Shown here: one piece after another, positions 1 through 7,587 of the stretch
How positions within the stretch are numbered: position 1 is the first letter of the stretch
Layout: the number at the start of each line of letters is the position of its first letter
DNA from: Candidatus Odinarchaeia archaeon
GTDB taxonomy: Archaea; Asgardarchaeota; Odinarchaeia; Odinarchaeales; Odinarchaeaceae
NCBI GenBank assembly: GCA_029856525.1
Contig: JAHQXC010000026.1
Coordinates: 1 to 15,933 of the forward strand
Direction of reading: 5' to 3'
Length of the DNA stretch: 15,933 bases
Notes under the pieces: generated by a model
What the model was told of the DNA's origin: nothing
Databases searched by the model: none
Seen by the model: the letters and a program-made list of their open reading frames with translations, nothing else
Position numbers and translations under genes: made by a program

Positions 1-65
1 TCATAGTATTCGAAACCTTTCTTAACATATTCTCTCGCTTTAATTATCTTCTCAGGGTCACCCAT
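1..65 (-). CDS. 5' fragment of a gene running off the window edge; TPR-like N-terminus
   Basis: Not in the ORF track. Manual translation from ATG at 65 gives MGDPEKIIKAREYVKKGFEYY..., open to the edge. An SD-like GAGGT overlaps the TGA stop of the upstream radical SAM gene. The A-x-x-Y-x-x-K-G-x-x-Y pattern resembles TPR helix A (weak). Confidence 0.6.
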   Translation of the reverse strand, partial: MGDPEKIIKAREYVKKGFEYY

Positions 66-76
66 CAATAAATACC

Positions 77-1078
77 TCAATTTAATTTCTTCACATAATA
101 GAAAGCATCATCCCCTACTCTCTTAACCTCTAAAATATTACTCGCTATAAGACGGTTTAAAACTTCAATAGCCGCACCCAGAGAAATATTCAAATCACTT
201 GTAATATCGATTATCCTACACGGTCTCCTGGTAAGTAGATCAAGTATCGTGTGCTCTGCGTCAACGCTACTCTTCCACTTCACTTTACGTCCACGCGCGT
301 CATGCACTCCGTAAACCCAAATCCTTTTCTCGCCAAGTTTACTATTTAACACATCAGCTGCTTTTTTAAGCTCCTCTAATGCAACTGGTTGAACAAAGCT
401 TTCAGCTGACGGCCTCCAAGGAGTGTAAAGTTGCACGATATGCGGGTTTATATCTAAAATACCATCAATCAGATTCACGTAGTATTCGCCTTCAATATTT
501 GAAAAACCTTGTTTAGTTCTCAGAAGCATGGTTTCTAAAGCTACAACACCTTTAGACCTCTCTTTAAGATTTTTAATACTGTCTTTTATCTCATTTAAAC
601 CGGGAAGACCTTTACAAGGCCTGTTAATTATTTTATATGCTCTCTCATCCCCTGCGTCGAATTTAGCGCTTACAAAGTCGAAATTCAGTAATGCTTGAAA
701 AACATCTTGACGTGGAATCAGAGAAGAATTAGTTAAAATACCTAGCGGTTTTCCACCGATAAGCTCACGTATATTATCCACTATTTCTGAGAGTGAAAGA
801 TTTAAGGTCGGCTCCCCTGTCCCGGAGATTGTAACGAAATCTATCGAATCTAATTCAATTCTACTTAAATACTCTTCTAAAGCCGCTCTCACCTGTTTAG
901 GTGTGGGAAGCTTGTTTTGAATCTCCTCCGGGTTTGAAACATACAGCTCAGTTCTCCCTAGCTGACAGTAAATGCAAGAGTAACTGCATTTCTTAGGCAG
1001 TGTAGTTACATCCACACCTAGTGAACGCCCGAATCTCCAAGACGGAACCGGCCCATAAATTAAACTCAAAATTAACAC
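77..1078 (-). CDS. Radical SAM Fe-S oxidoreductase (COG0731-like) with C-terminal winged-helix-like domain
   Basis: N-terminal YGPVPSWRFGRSLGVD family motif, CxxxCxxC (CSYSCIYC), SGTGEPTL, LTNSS and KFDAG. C-terminal ILDLLTRRP...AIEVLNRL looks wHTH-like. The true start may be TTG at 1069, preceded by GGTG. Confidence 0.9.
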   Translation of the reverse strand: MLILSLIYGPVPSWRFGRSLGVDVTTLPKKCSYSCIYCQLGRTELYVSNPEEIQNKLPTPKQVRAALEEYLSRIELDSIDFVTISGTGEPTLNLSLSEIVDNIRELIGGKPLGILTNSSLIPRQDVFQALLNFDFVSAKFDAGDERAYKIINRPCKGLPGLNEIKDSIKNLKERSKGVVALETMLLRTKQGFSNIEGEYYVNLIDGILDINPHIVQLYTPWRPSAESFVQPVALEELKKAADVLNSKLGEKRIWVYGVHDARGRKVKWKSSVDAEHTILDLLTRRPCRIIDITSDLNISLGAAIEVLNRLIASNILEVKRVGDDAFYYVKKLN

Positions 1079-1086
1079 CGCTACAA

Positions 1087-1896
1087 TTATTTATCTAATA
1101 TTTTAATAACCTCGTCAACCAGTTTTTCATAAGCCTGTTTAGATTCACTTTCACCCTTAGAAAGTATTAACGGCGTTCCGTTATCAGCCAGCTTAGAAGC
1201 CTCCGGGTCTAAAGGTATTTTAGCGAGCAAAACCGTGTTAAGATAGCTGGCTATCTTCTCCCCAGCGCCCTCGCCGAAAATATAGTATATGGAACCGCAG
1301 TTTGGACATTTAAAATAGCTCATATTCTCTACAACACCTAAAATAGGTATCCGTAGAATTTTAGCCATGTTACCCGCTTTATCCACGATAAACTCGGATA
1401 ACTGTGAAGGGTGAGTTACAAGTATTATTCCCTTAATCGATGGTATAAGCTGCATTATGCTTAAAGGCTCATCACCGGTTCCTGGAGGTAAATCTATTAG
1501 CAGGTAATCTAGACTCCCCCAATCAGCATCTGAGAGAAAACGTTTAATCATATTCCCTTTCATAGGACCACGCCAGATCACAGGCATAGTCTTATCTGGA
1601 AGCATTAAATCAATCGCTAAAACTTTAACTCCGAGTAACCCGCTCGGTAAAATCAGAGAATTATCCGCGCCATATAAGCCTTCACTAACCCCTAGCATCT
1701 TTGAAACGGAAGGCCCGTGAAAGTCGGCGTCGAAAACACCTACCTTAAAACCGCGGCTAGCTAAACCTACAGCGAGATTAACCGTCACAGTGCTTTTACC
1801 GACACCGCCCTTACCGCTCATAACAGCGATAATATTCTTCACAGAGCTTAAACGTTTAGTTAAACTCTCATCCTCAAGCTTACTCCCTGAGCTCAT
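1087..1896 (-). CDS. mrp: Mrp/NBP35 (ApbC) family P-loop ATPase, Fe-S cluster carrier
   Basis: Deviant Walker A SGKGGVGKST, DADFHGPS, VIWRGP, DLPPGTGD and the ENMSYFKCPNCG CxxC motif. GGAG SD upstream. An 8-nt gap to the next gene suggests an operon. Confidence 0.95.
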   Translation of the reverse strand: MSSGSKLEDESLTKRLSSVKNIIAVMSGKGGVGKSTVTVNLAVGLASRGFKVGVFDADFHGPSVSKMLGVSEGLYGADNSLILPSGLLGVKVLAIDLMLPDKTMPVIWRGPMKGNMIKRFLSDADWGSLDYLLIDLPPGTGDEPLSIMQLIPSIKGIILVTHPSQLSEFIVDKAGNMAKILRIPILGVVENMSYFKCPNCGSIYYIFGEGAGEKIASYLNTVLLAKIPLDPEASKLADNGTPLILSKGESESKQAYEKLVDEVIKILDK

Positions 1897-1942
1897 AAAA
1901 ACAACTCCCTTAATAGATACTTAAACAGTTAGAGTTTAAACA

Positions 1943-1972
1943 TATAAATATTTTGTGTAAAAGCACAAAATA
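1943..1972 (-). promoter_or_regulatory. mrp promoter (TTTATA box 1948-1943) with adjacent 9-bp perfect inverted repeat
   Basis: TATTTTGTG (1949-1957), a 6-nt spacer, then CACAAAATA (1964-1972), directly upstream of and overlapping the BRE position. TATA box lies ~47 nt before the ATG. Confidence 0.55.
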
Positions 1973-2235
1973 AATGGAGAAAAATGAGCGGATACAACTA
2001 AAACAAAAGTTTCAACCCTGTTTCCCTAGGTTATAGGCAGCAGAAATAAATATTGTGGAAACCTCTTAGAATTAGAGAATAGGTTTCAAGGAATAGTGTT
2101 TCAGTTTTTAACGAAATTTTATAATATGTCTTCATTAACTTTTATTTACTGAGATTTATATTTCAGATTCTTCCGGACGGTTATATGATTCGCTTGTTGA
2201 ACGCAGTAAAAGTTTAAAGATGAATATTAAAATTT

Positions 2236-2928
2236 TTATCTTGCTCTGCTTATTCTCGGCCCTATTAGAGTCCAGAGCCATTCTACGAATTCTCTTAGGT
2301 TTTTGGTTTGAATATATACTTCCCCCGGTCCTTTTATCTCTGTTACTAGGCCTTCTCCACCTAGTAGGGTTGATTTTAATCCGCCGAATTTTCTCACCGT
2401 GTACTCGCATGTATTCGTGAATGCGACTAAATGATAGTTGTCTACTATGATGCTTTCACCCGGTTTTAGCGTATGCTTGTCTAGGGCTCCGAAACTGTTT
2501 AAAAACACTTGGCCTTCCCCTTCAACTTTGATCATGAATAAGCTTTGACCGAATATCCCTTTCACGAAACCCTGCCATTTTGTATCCAGCTCTACACCTG
2601 GTGTTGAAGCGATGTAAGCTGACTGCTGGATTATATAACCGTTTTTAGCGTTCACATCTAGTTTCACAATATCTCCTAATGGTGCGGATACTAATCCTAT
2701 TTCACCTGGACCGCCGCGTGCAGTATAGTCGTTAACAAAGAATGATTGCTGACCTAGTATAGCTACTTTAAGAGATTTTAAAATTCCCTCCTCTCTTTTC
2801 CTTGTTTTAATCTCCAGGTTAGGGGTCATATAAGTCATAGCGCCGGCTTCAGCTGTTATCGTCTCCTCGGGTTTAAGTTTAACTACTAGCATTGAATAAG
2901 AAGGACTATACTTTATCTCATAATCCAT
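2236..2928 (-). CDS. AIM24 / TIGR00266 family protein
   Basis: Typical motifs: L.P.E.I.AEAGAM..M, G.SFF.N.Y, G.V.L.SFG, VDN.HLVAF, GGEGLV..I.GPG.V..QT. SD GGAGGT at 2940-2935. Confidence 0.92.
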   Translation of the reverse strand: MDYEIKYSPSYSMLVVKLKPEETITAEAGAMTYMTPNLEIKTRKREEGILKSLKVAILGQQSFFVNDYTARGGPGEIGLVSAPLGDIVKLDVNAKNGYIIQQSAYIASTPGVELDTKWQGFVKGIFGQSLFMIKVEGEGQVFLNSFGALDKHTLKPGESIIVDNYHLVAFTNTCEYTVRKFGGLKSTLLGGEGLVTEIKGPGEVYIQTKNLREFVEWLWTLIGPRISRAR

Positions 2929-3037
2929 TCAAATACCTCCAGAATACTTTTATACTATTAACTTATAGGCTGATCATCTTATAAATTGTTTAGGAGAATA
3001 GTAGGAAAAGGGAATTATGAAATTTTAACTGGCATGG

Positions 3038-4624
3038 TTATCTTGCGATAACGGAGACTAAGGCTTTCATCAACGGTTTACCGGGTTTAGTTAAATCCAC
3101 GTTTCTAAGCATTGTAAGCATCTGCTCAGGATGATTTCCTATTTTATCTATGAATCTTATGGTTTCATCTGATAGTCTTGAGAAAAGCTTGTTTAAGAAG
3201 ACTTGTGTTAGAGAGGCTTTCGCACCGGATGTTACGTGTTTAATATATTTTAAGGCGAAGGCGGCGCTGAGCTTCCAGCTTCTAGTTACAAGCTCCCAGC
3301 GTGCATCATTCATAAGATATGTTTTAAAGAACTCTTCACCGCTTAGAGCGCTGATACCTATAGGTATGAAGAATAACGGGAAGAACCAGGCGGGTGTGCC
3401 TTTAAGATCGTCTAAAAGTTCTAGTGTAAGCATTATGTCATCATCTGTCTCCTCAGGTAAACCTGTGATCATTGTTATGCAAGGATACCAGTAGACGTCT
3501 TTAAGAATCTGGCAGGCTTCCACCACTACTTCATGCCATTCCTGAGGTGTATAGGGGAGAACCTTGCCGCGCATGTATTTTTCAAGTAAACGTGGACTGC
3601 CTGTCTCTAAACCTATTTGAGGCCCAATCCACGGCTCTTTCTCGTTAACACCCATGTAATAGTTTAATTCTTGAATTGGTTTTTCACCAGCCAGCTTCAA
3701 AGTGCTGAAGTTAACGTGAGTGGATACTATTTTATCCACTCCAGGTATGCTTCTAAGTGTTTGAAGAAGTTTTACTATAGCTGGTATGTTAAGTTCCCGG
3801 AAACCGTTCGCCCCGTATCTTAACCAGTCTTCGCTTAGAAGATACAGGTTTTTCTCCCCTGCGGCTATGCTTAACTTAGCCTCCCTCTCTATTATATCTA
3901 GGGGGATACTTCTCCATGGAACCTGGGTTGGACCGCAGAATCTGCACCCTCTACCGCAGCCTTCTGTTATTTGAACGAAACCGCATCTAGCCGGTCCTAG
4001 AATCGGGTAGATTTGATCAGGTTTAGGCGGTGTAGCTTTAACCACCGATGGGACAGATTCGCCTTTAATGAGTTTACCTACTATTTCAGGGAAGGTGACT
4101 TCAGCCTGCCCATAGTATCTTACGTCTATGCCTAATAGTTCAGCCTCTCTATCAGTAACCTGCCAGGATCCAGGGCCTCCCAGAATAACTTTGAAACCAT
4201 ATTTTTCTTTAAGAGGTTTAATCTTCTTCATTAATGAGAGGAAAGCTAACTGTGTTGCTGGTTTACCTCCTCCTAGAAGATGGCGTAAAGTCCATGACAC
4301 GGGGCCGCGGCCCATCGGGTCGACAGCATCTATTCCTATTATCTTCGTCTCCTTGGAGACTGCTTCCTCCAGTTTAGAAGGGTGAATGAATTTTATATCA
4401 CTTCTATTGTAACCGTTATTAACTAGGGCTGCTTCAACTTTTCTCAGAGAGTATGGGGGGGCTAAAACTTCACCGTTTACCATTCTAGGGCGTGGGCATA
4501 TAATATATTTTACTAGAAAGTTTGGGAGTATTCGACGGGGAGCGCATAATATGAACCCTAAGAAGGATGCCCCACCGTACTCTGTCATAAGGGTTTCATC
4601 AGCGGTTAAGATTATTCGGCTCAT
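3038..4624 (-). CDS. Cobalamin-binding-domain radical SAM protein (archaeal family)
   Basis: N-terminal APPYSLRKVEAAL and Rossmann-like VILGGPGSWQ region. CxxxCxxC in ITEGCGRGCRFC, plus GLETGS and MITGLPEET. SD GGAGG at 4634-4630. Confidence 0.88.
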   Translation of the reverse strand: MSRIILTADETLMTEYGGASFLGFILCAPRRILPNFLVKYIICPRPRMVNGEVLAPPYSLRKVEAALVNNGYNRSDIKFIHPSKLEEAVSKETKIIGIDAVDPMGRGPVSWTLRHLLGGGKPATQLAFLSLMKKIKPLKEKYGFKVILGGPGSWQVTDREAELLGIDVRYYGQAEVTFPEIVGKLIKGESVPSVVKATPPKPDQIYPILGPARCGFVQITEGCGRGCRFCGPTQVPWRSIPLDIIEREAKLSIAAGEKNLYLLSEDWLRYGANGFRELNIPAIVKLLQTLRSIPGVDKIVSTHVNFSTLKLAGEKPIQELNYYMGVNEKEPWIGPQIGLETGSPRLLEKYMRGKVLPYTPQEWHEVVVEACQILKDVYWYPCITMITGLPEETDDDIMLTLELLDDLKGTPAWFFPLFFIPIGISALSGEEFFKTYLMNDARWELVTRSWKLSAAFALKYIKHVTSGAKASLTQVFLNKLFSRLSDETIRFIDKIGNHPEQMLTMLRNVDLTKPGKPLMKALVSVIAR

Positions 4625-4684
4625 AAGCTCCCTCCCATAGCGTTACGAGCTTTAAAAATCAGTTTTAATTAGAGAATTTAATCA

Positions 4685-4699
4685 TATAAATATATTTCG
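4685..4699 (-). promoter_or_regulatory. BRE/TATA promoter of the B12 radical SAM gene
   Basis: Minus strand reads CGAAATATATTTATA, ~60 nt upstream of ATG 4624. Confidence 0.5.
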
Positions 4700-4720
4700 A
4701 TATAGTTAGATACCTGTCCT

Positions 4721-6283
4721 TTATTTTTTAAATATCAAGTATAGCATTTTCTCTAGGAGAGGAGTGTTAAGAGAGGTTTGACTTTCAAATCTCCCCTTAT
4801 ACGCTTCTTTCTCTAAGCCTAGATCATAGCATGTAGTCTGCTCAATGTTAATAAGCAACCCCGGTGTTTTAAATTTTTCAAAGTCTGGTTGATGTTTCTC
4901 GTAAAATTGTTCACAGCAGCATCCGATGTAACCTTTCGAGCCGGCTTCATCTAGTTCAGCTAGCTTCTCTTCTAAATGCTCGTAGTTTACTATAGTGAAC
5001 GGTTTAAGATTATATTTTAAAGCAAGCTTGTAACCGTCGCCTACTGTACATAAACCGCATAGCGTGCACCCTTCTTTATGCCTGTACTCGCAGCCGACAA
5101 GCTTCGAACAGTAAGGTAATAGTAGAGTATCCACGCCTTTAGTGAGGAAATAATCGAGTTTCTCATTCACGAGAAAGAGGTTATTTATCTCACTGAGAGT
5201 TAAACCGTACCTGGTATATTTTACTCTTTCAACAGCCTCTTTGAATAAGAGTTTGAAGTCGCTTATTTTAACCCCTGGGATTTGAAACTCACGTCTACTT
5301 ATTTTAAGTAGAATCCTGTTTATTTCTCTCATATCGAGGGGTATATGCTTTAAACCAGCCTCTAAATCGTATATAATGCCGGGAGGGTAAGCGAAGAAGT
5401 CACCTGTGATGAAAGCTGATGTTATCGAGTTTAATTCAACGTCCACGGATAAAGCTAATCTAACAAGCCCGCCCGGGGTTTTCTTCAATGTGAAAACAGC
5501 GTTATCCTGGTTTCCAGCTGATCTGATCCCGTAAATCCATTCCCTTGATTTAAAATATGGGAGTTTGCGTAGAAACTCTCTTCTCTCAAATTCTGTAAGC
5601 TCCTGTTCTTCAAATTGTATTTGAAATTCTTCGCTGAACCCTTCTAAAATAGCCTTTTTAATCTCGTTATAAGAGGGGATATAACCTAGCTCCCATTTTA
5701 TAGTTGTCACCCGCTCTTTAAGACTGTCTATTTCTTTATCAGAGAGCTTTTTCACAGGTACTTTTAAAGCCCGGAGCATTCTGTTAACATCTAAATCAAC
5801 TAGCAGAGTACCTTGAAACATGAAAGCCCCGCCGCTGCTGGTTCCCCCTGTCCCGCTTATCTTCCGATGACCTATCTCTATATCGTTCTTCGGTCGGAAG
5901 CGTGCTTTCAACCCTAGTTTACGAAGACCTTTAACCGCTGCCGTGCAAAGCTTCCTGTAAAGTAAGTCAACTTTATACGGGAATCTATCACCGTCTAGTG
6001 TAGCGAATAACTCCCAGCCAAGATGCTCCGGGCTGAAGTATATAGCCCCTCCTCCAGTAATCCTCCGGTTAATATCAATATTATTCTCATTACAGTATGA
6101 GATTCGAATCTCCTGTTCAACTGATTGATGATAACCTACGAGGGCTACAGGCGGGTTAAATCTTAGAAAACGGAAAGTATTAGGTATTAATCCTTCAGCT
6201 CGAGCATCTAGGATAACCCGGTCGAGGGTTATATTCTCAGCTCCTGTTAAAAGCCCTGTGTCTACAACTCTCCAAGTCTCCAT
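4721..6283 (-). CDS. lplA: Lipoate-protein ligase (LplA catalytic + LplB-like domain) fused to C-terminal Cys-rich DUF116-like domain
   Basis: RRITGGGAIY, PKNDI, catalytic-Lys motif RKISGTG and FQGTLL. The TPGGLVR...ITGDFF accessory domain follows. The C-terminal LLLPYCSK..C...CTLCGLC...GCCC...TTC region matches the DUF116 pattern. Confidence 0.88.
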   Translation of the reverse strand: METWRVVDTGLLTGAENITLDRVILDARAEGLIPNTFRFLRFNPPVALVGYHQSVEQEIRISYCNENNIDINRRITGGGAIYFSPEHLGWELFATLDGDRFPYKVDLLYRKLCTAAVKGLRKLGLKARFRPKNDIEIGHRKISGTGGTSSGGAFMFQGTLLVDLDVNRMLRALKVPVKKLSDKEIDSLKERVTTIKWELGYIPSYNEIKKAILEGFSEEFQIQFEEQELTEFERREFLRKLPYFKSREWIYGIRSAGNQDNAVFTLKKTPGGLVRLALSVDVELNSITSAFITGDFFAYPPGIIYDLEAGLKHIPLDMREINRILLKISRREFQIPGVKISDFKLLFKEAVERVKYTRYGLTLSEINNLFLVNEKLDYFLTKGVDTLLLPYCSKLVGCEYRHKEGCTLCGLCTVGDGYKLALKYNLKPFTIVNYEHLEEKLAELDEAGSKGYIGCCCEQFYEKHQPDFEKFKTPGLLINIEQTTCYDLGLEKEAYKGRFESQTSLNTPLLEKMLYLIFKK

Positions 6284-6312
6284 TTAAGATCATGAAAAAA
6301 TTAAAAAAACAG

Positions 6313-6321
6313 TATATAAAA
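6313..6321 (-). promoter_or_regulatory. TATA box of the ligase gene (probably near-leaderless mRNA)
   Basis: TTTTATATA on the minus strand ~30 nt upstream of ATG 6283. No SD is present. Confidence 0.5.
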
Positions 6322-6330
6322 CTATTTTAA

Positions 6331-6492
6331 CTTTATCGGCGGGGTGAAAGACGAAAAATATTTATAGTATCCAATCTTCAAAAAGGATAGAGACGCCTGC
6401 TGACACGGAGCCTCCCCCGGTCGAAACACCGGCAAGCTCCATCATTGAAGCGGGAAACCCCATCCGATAGAGAGGGGCAGTTTATTATTCAA
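6331..6492 (+). mobile_element. Miniature non-coding IS200/IS605 (IS1341-type) derivative/remnant
   Basis: Left part CTTTATCGGCGGGG (6331-6344) is an imperfect inverted copy of CCCCATCCGATAGAG (6458-6472). The right part GAAGCGGGAAACCCC...GGGGCAGTT resembles archaeal tnpB right ends (GAAGCAGGAAGCCCC...GGGGTAGTTCAC). No tnpA/tnpB ORF. Ends are uncertain. Confidence 0.6.
6391..6485 (+). ncRNA. Candidate TnpB omega-RNA / sotRNA-like structured RNA
   Basis: 62% GC (56/90 over 6391-6480) within AT-rich flanks. Nested stems: CCUGCU 6396-6401 / AGCGGG 6449-6454; GGAGC 6407-6411 / GCUCC 6436-6440; CCGGU 6417-6421 / ACCGG 6428-6432. Terminal CCCC..GGGG hairpin at 6458-6477. BRE/TATA GAAAAATATTTATA lies ~25 nt upstream. 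Confidence 0.6.
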
Positions 6493-6515
6493 TGTAATCT
6501 TATACATCTTAGTGG

Positions 6516-7505
6516 TTGAAAATGAGTTTTCATAAGGAAGCGAGTGTAATATTTAACAGTCCACCCTACGAGTTCGCTGAATATTTACAACGTGCGTGGA
6601 GTCTTACAAGAGAGTGTTACGGACAGTGGATTAACTTTTACGCTCCTAGTATACTTGAATACGATGCGGAGGGTTTTAAAAAACCGGTTAAAAATATTTT
6701 TCAATCTGTTTCAGTTACAGGTAGAAGATGCCTGTTAATGTGTGAGCATTGTAAAGGAAGGCTTTTAGAATCCATGCATAGCGCTACAACACCTGAACAG
6801 CTTTTAAAACTCGGAGAAAGTCTTTACAATAACGGCTGCCGAGGCCTGTTAATCAGCGGGGGATCTGATTTAAATGGTTCAGTTCCTTTAAAACCTTTCA
6901 TAGAGAGCATAAGCCTTCTAAGGAAAAAATTTGGAATGAAGATCGCGGTGCACACGGGTTTAATAGACTATCAGACGGCGAGAATGCTTAAAGAAGCGGG
7001 TGTTGAATCCGCTATGATCGATATAATAGGTGACGAGGAGACTATAAGAGAAATATATCATTTAGATAAGAAACCCGGGGACTTTGAAAAAGCTTTAAAT
7101 AATTTAATCCAAGCAGGCTTAGAGGTGAGCCCCCATATAGTGGTGGGGTTGAATAAAGGTATGGTGAAAGGAGAGCTGAAAGCCTTAGAAATGATAAGTA
7201 AAAGTAAAGCTTCGAATATAGTTATCGTGGCTTTAAAACCTTTAGATCCTGGTGAGCTCGGCAACCGGGTGCCTAAACCATTAGAAATAGGGCGGATAAT
7301 CACGATTGCAAGGTTGATGAATCCCATGAAGAAAATTCTATTAGGATGCGCTAGACCAGGAGGGCTTCACAAGGTTAAAACAGATCTTCTCGCTATAAAA
7401 GCCGGCGTTAACGGGATCGCTTTCCCAACACAGGAGGCGTTAAACTACGCTGGAAAACTCGGGTTAAAAGAGAATTTTATCGGTTACTGCTGCTCTTTTA
7501 TTTAA
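6516..7505 (+). CDS. lipS1: Radical SAM protein of the LipS1 lipoyl synthase type (biotin-synthase-like)
   Basis: CxxxCxxC (CLLMCEHC), G.LISGG, AVHTG and PHIVVG. C-terminal GCARP and terminal YCCS match the GC(M/A)R and CC motifs described for Thermococcus LipS1. Adjacent to a lipoate ligase. Start may be ATG 6522. Confidence 0.8.
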   Translation: MKMSFHKEASVIFNSPPYEFAEYLQRAWSLTRECYGQWINFYAPSILEYDAEGFKKPVKNIFQSVSVTGRRCLLMCEHCKGRLLESMHSATTPEQLLKLGESLYNNGCRGLLISGGSDLNGSVPLKPFIESISLLRKKFGMKIAVHTGLIDYQTARMLKEAGVESAMIDIIGDEETIREIYHLDKKPGDFEKALNNLIQAGLEVSPHIVVGLNKGMVKGELKALEMISKSKASNIVIVALKPLDPGELGNRVPKPLEIGRIITIARLMNPMKKILLGCARPGGLHKVKTDLLAIKAGVNGIAFPTQEALNYAGKLGLKENFIGYCCSFI

Positions 7506-7587
7506 CCATTTATTCACTAAATAATTATTAGATAGATTTTAATATTATATAATTAAAAAATAATTTAAAAACATTGGAGAAGTAAAT

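Noticed and set aside
1974-2036. 20-codon ORF MEKNERIQLKQKFQPCFPRL
   Set aside because: Too short, with no SD or motif; expected by chance.
2009-2062. GTTTCAACCC...GAAAC resembling a CRISPR repeat
   Set aside because: No second copy of a 24-40 nt repeat, no regular spacing and no cas genes, so it is not called as an array.
2156-2420. ORFs 2156-2410 (-) and 2220-2420 (+)
   Set aside because: Both overlap the well-supported AIM24 gene in another frame or strand, with no motifs or SD.
3150-4385. Plus-strand ORFs 3150-3494, 3786-3974 and 4128-4385
   Set aside because: Antisense shadows wholly inside the B12 radical SAM gene.
6326-6330. TTTAA next to the mini-element as a TnpB TAM
   Set aside because: The left boundary is undefined and TTTAA is very frequent in this AT-rich DNA, so it cannot be supported without an empty-site comparison.
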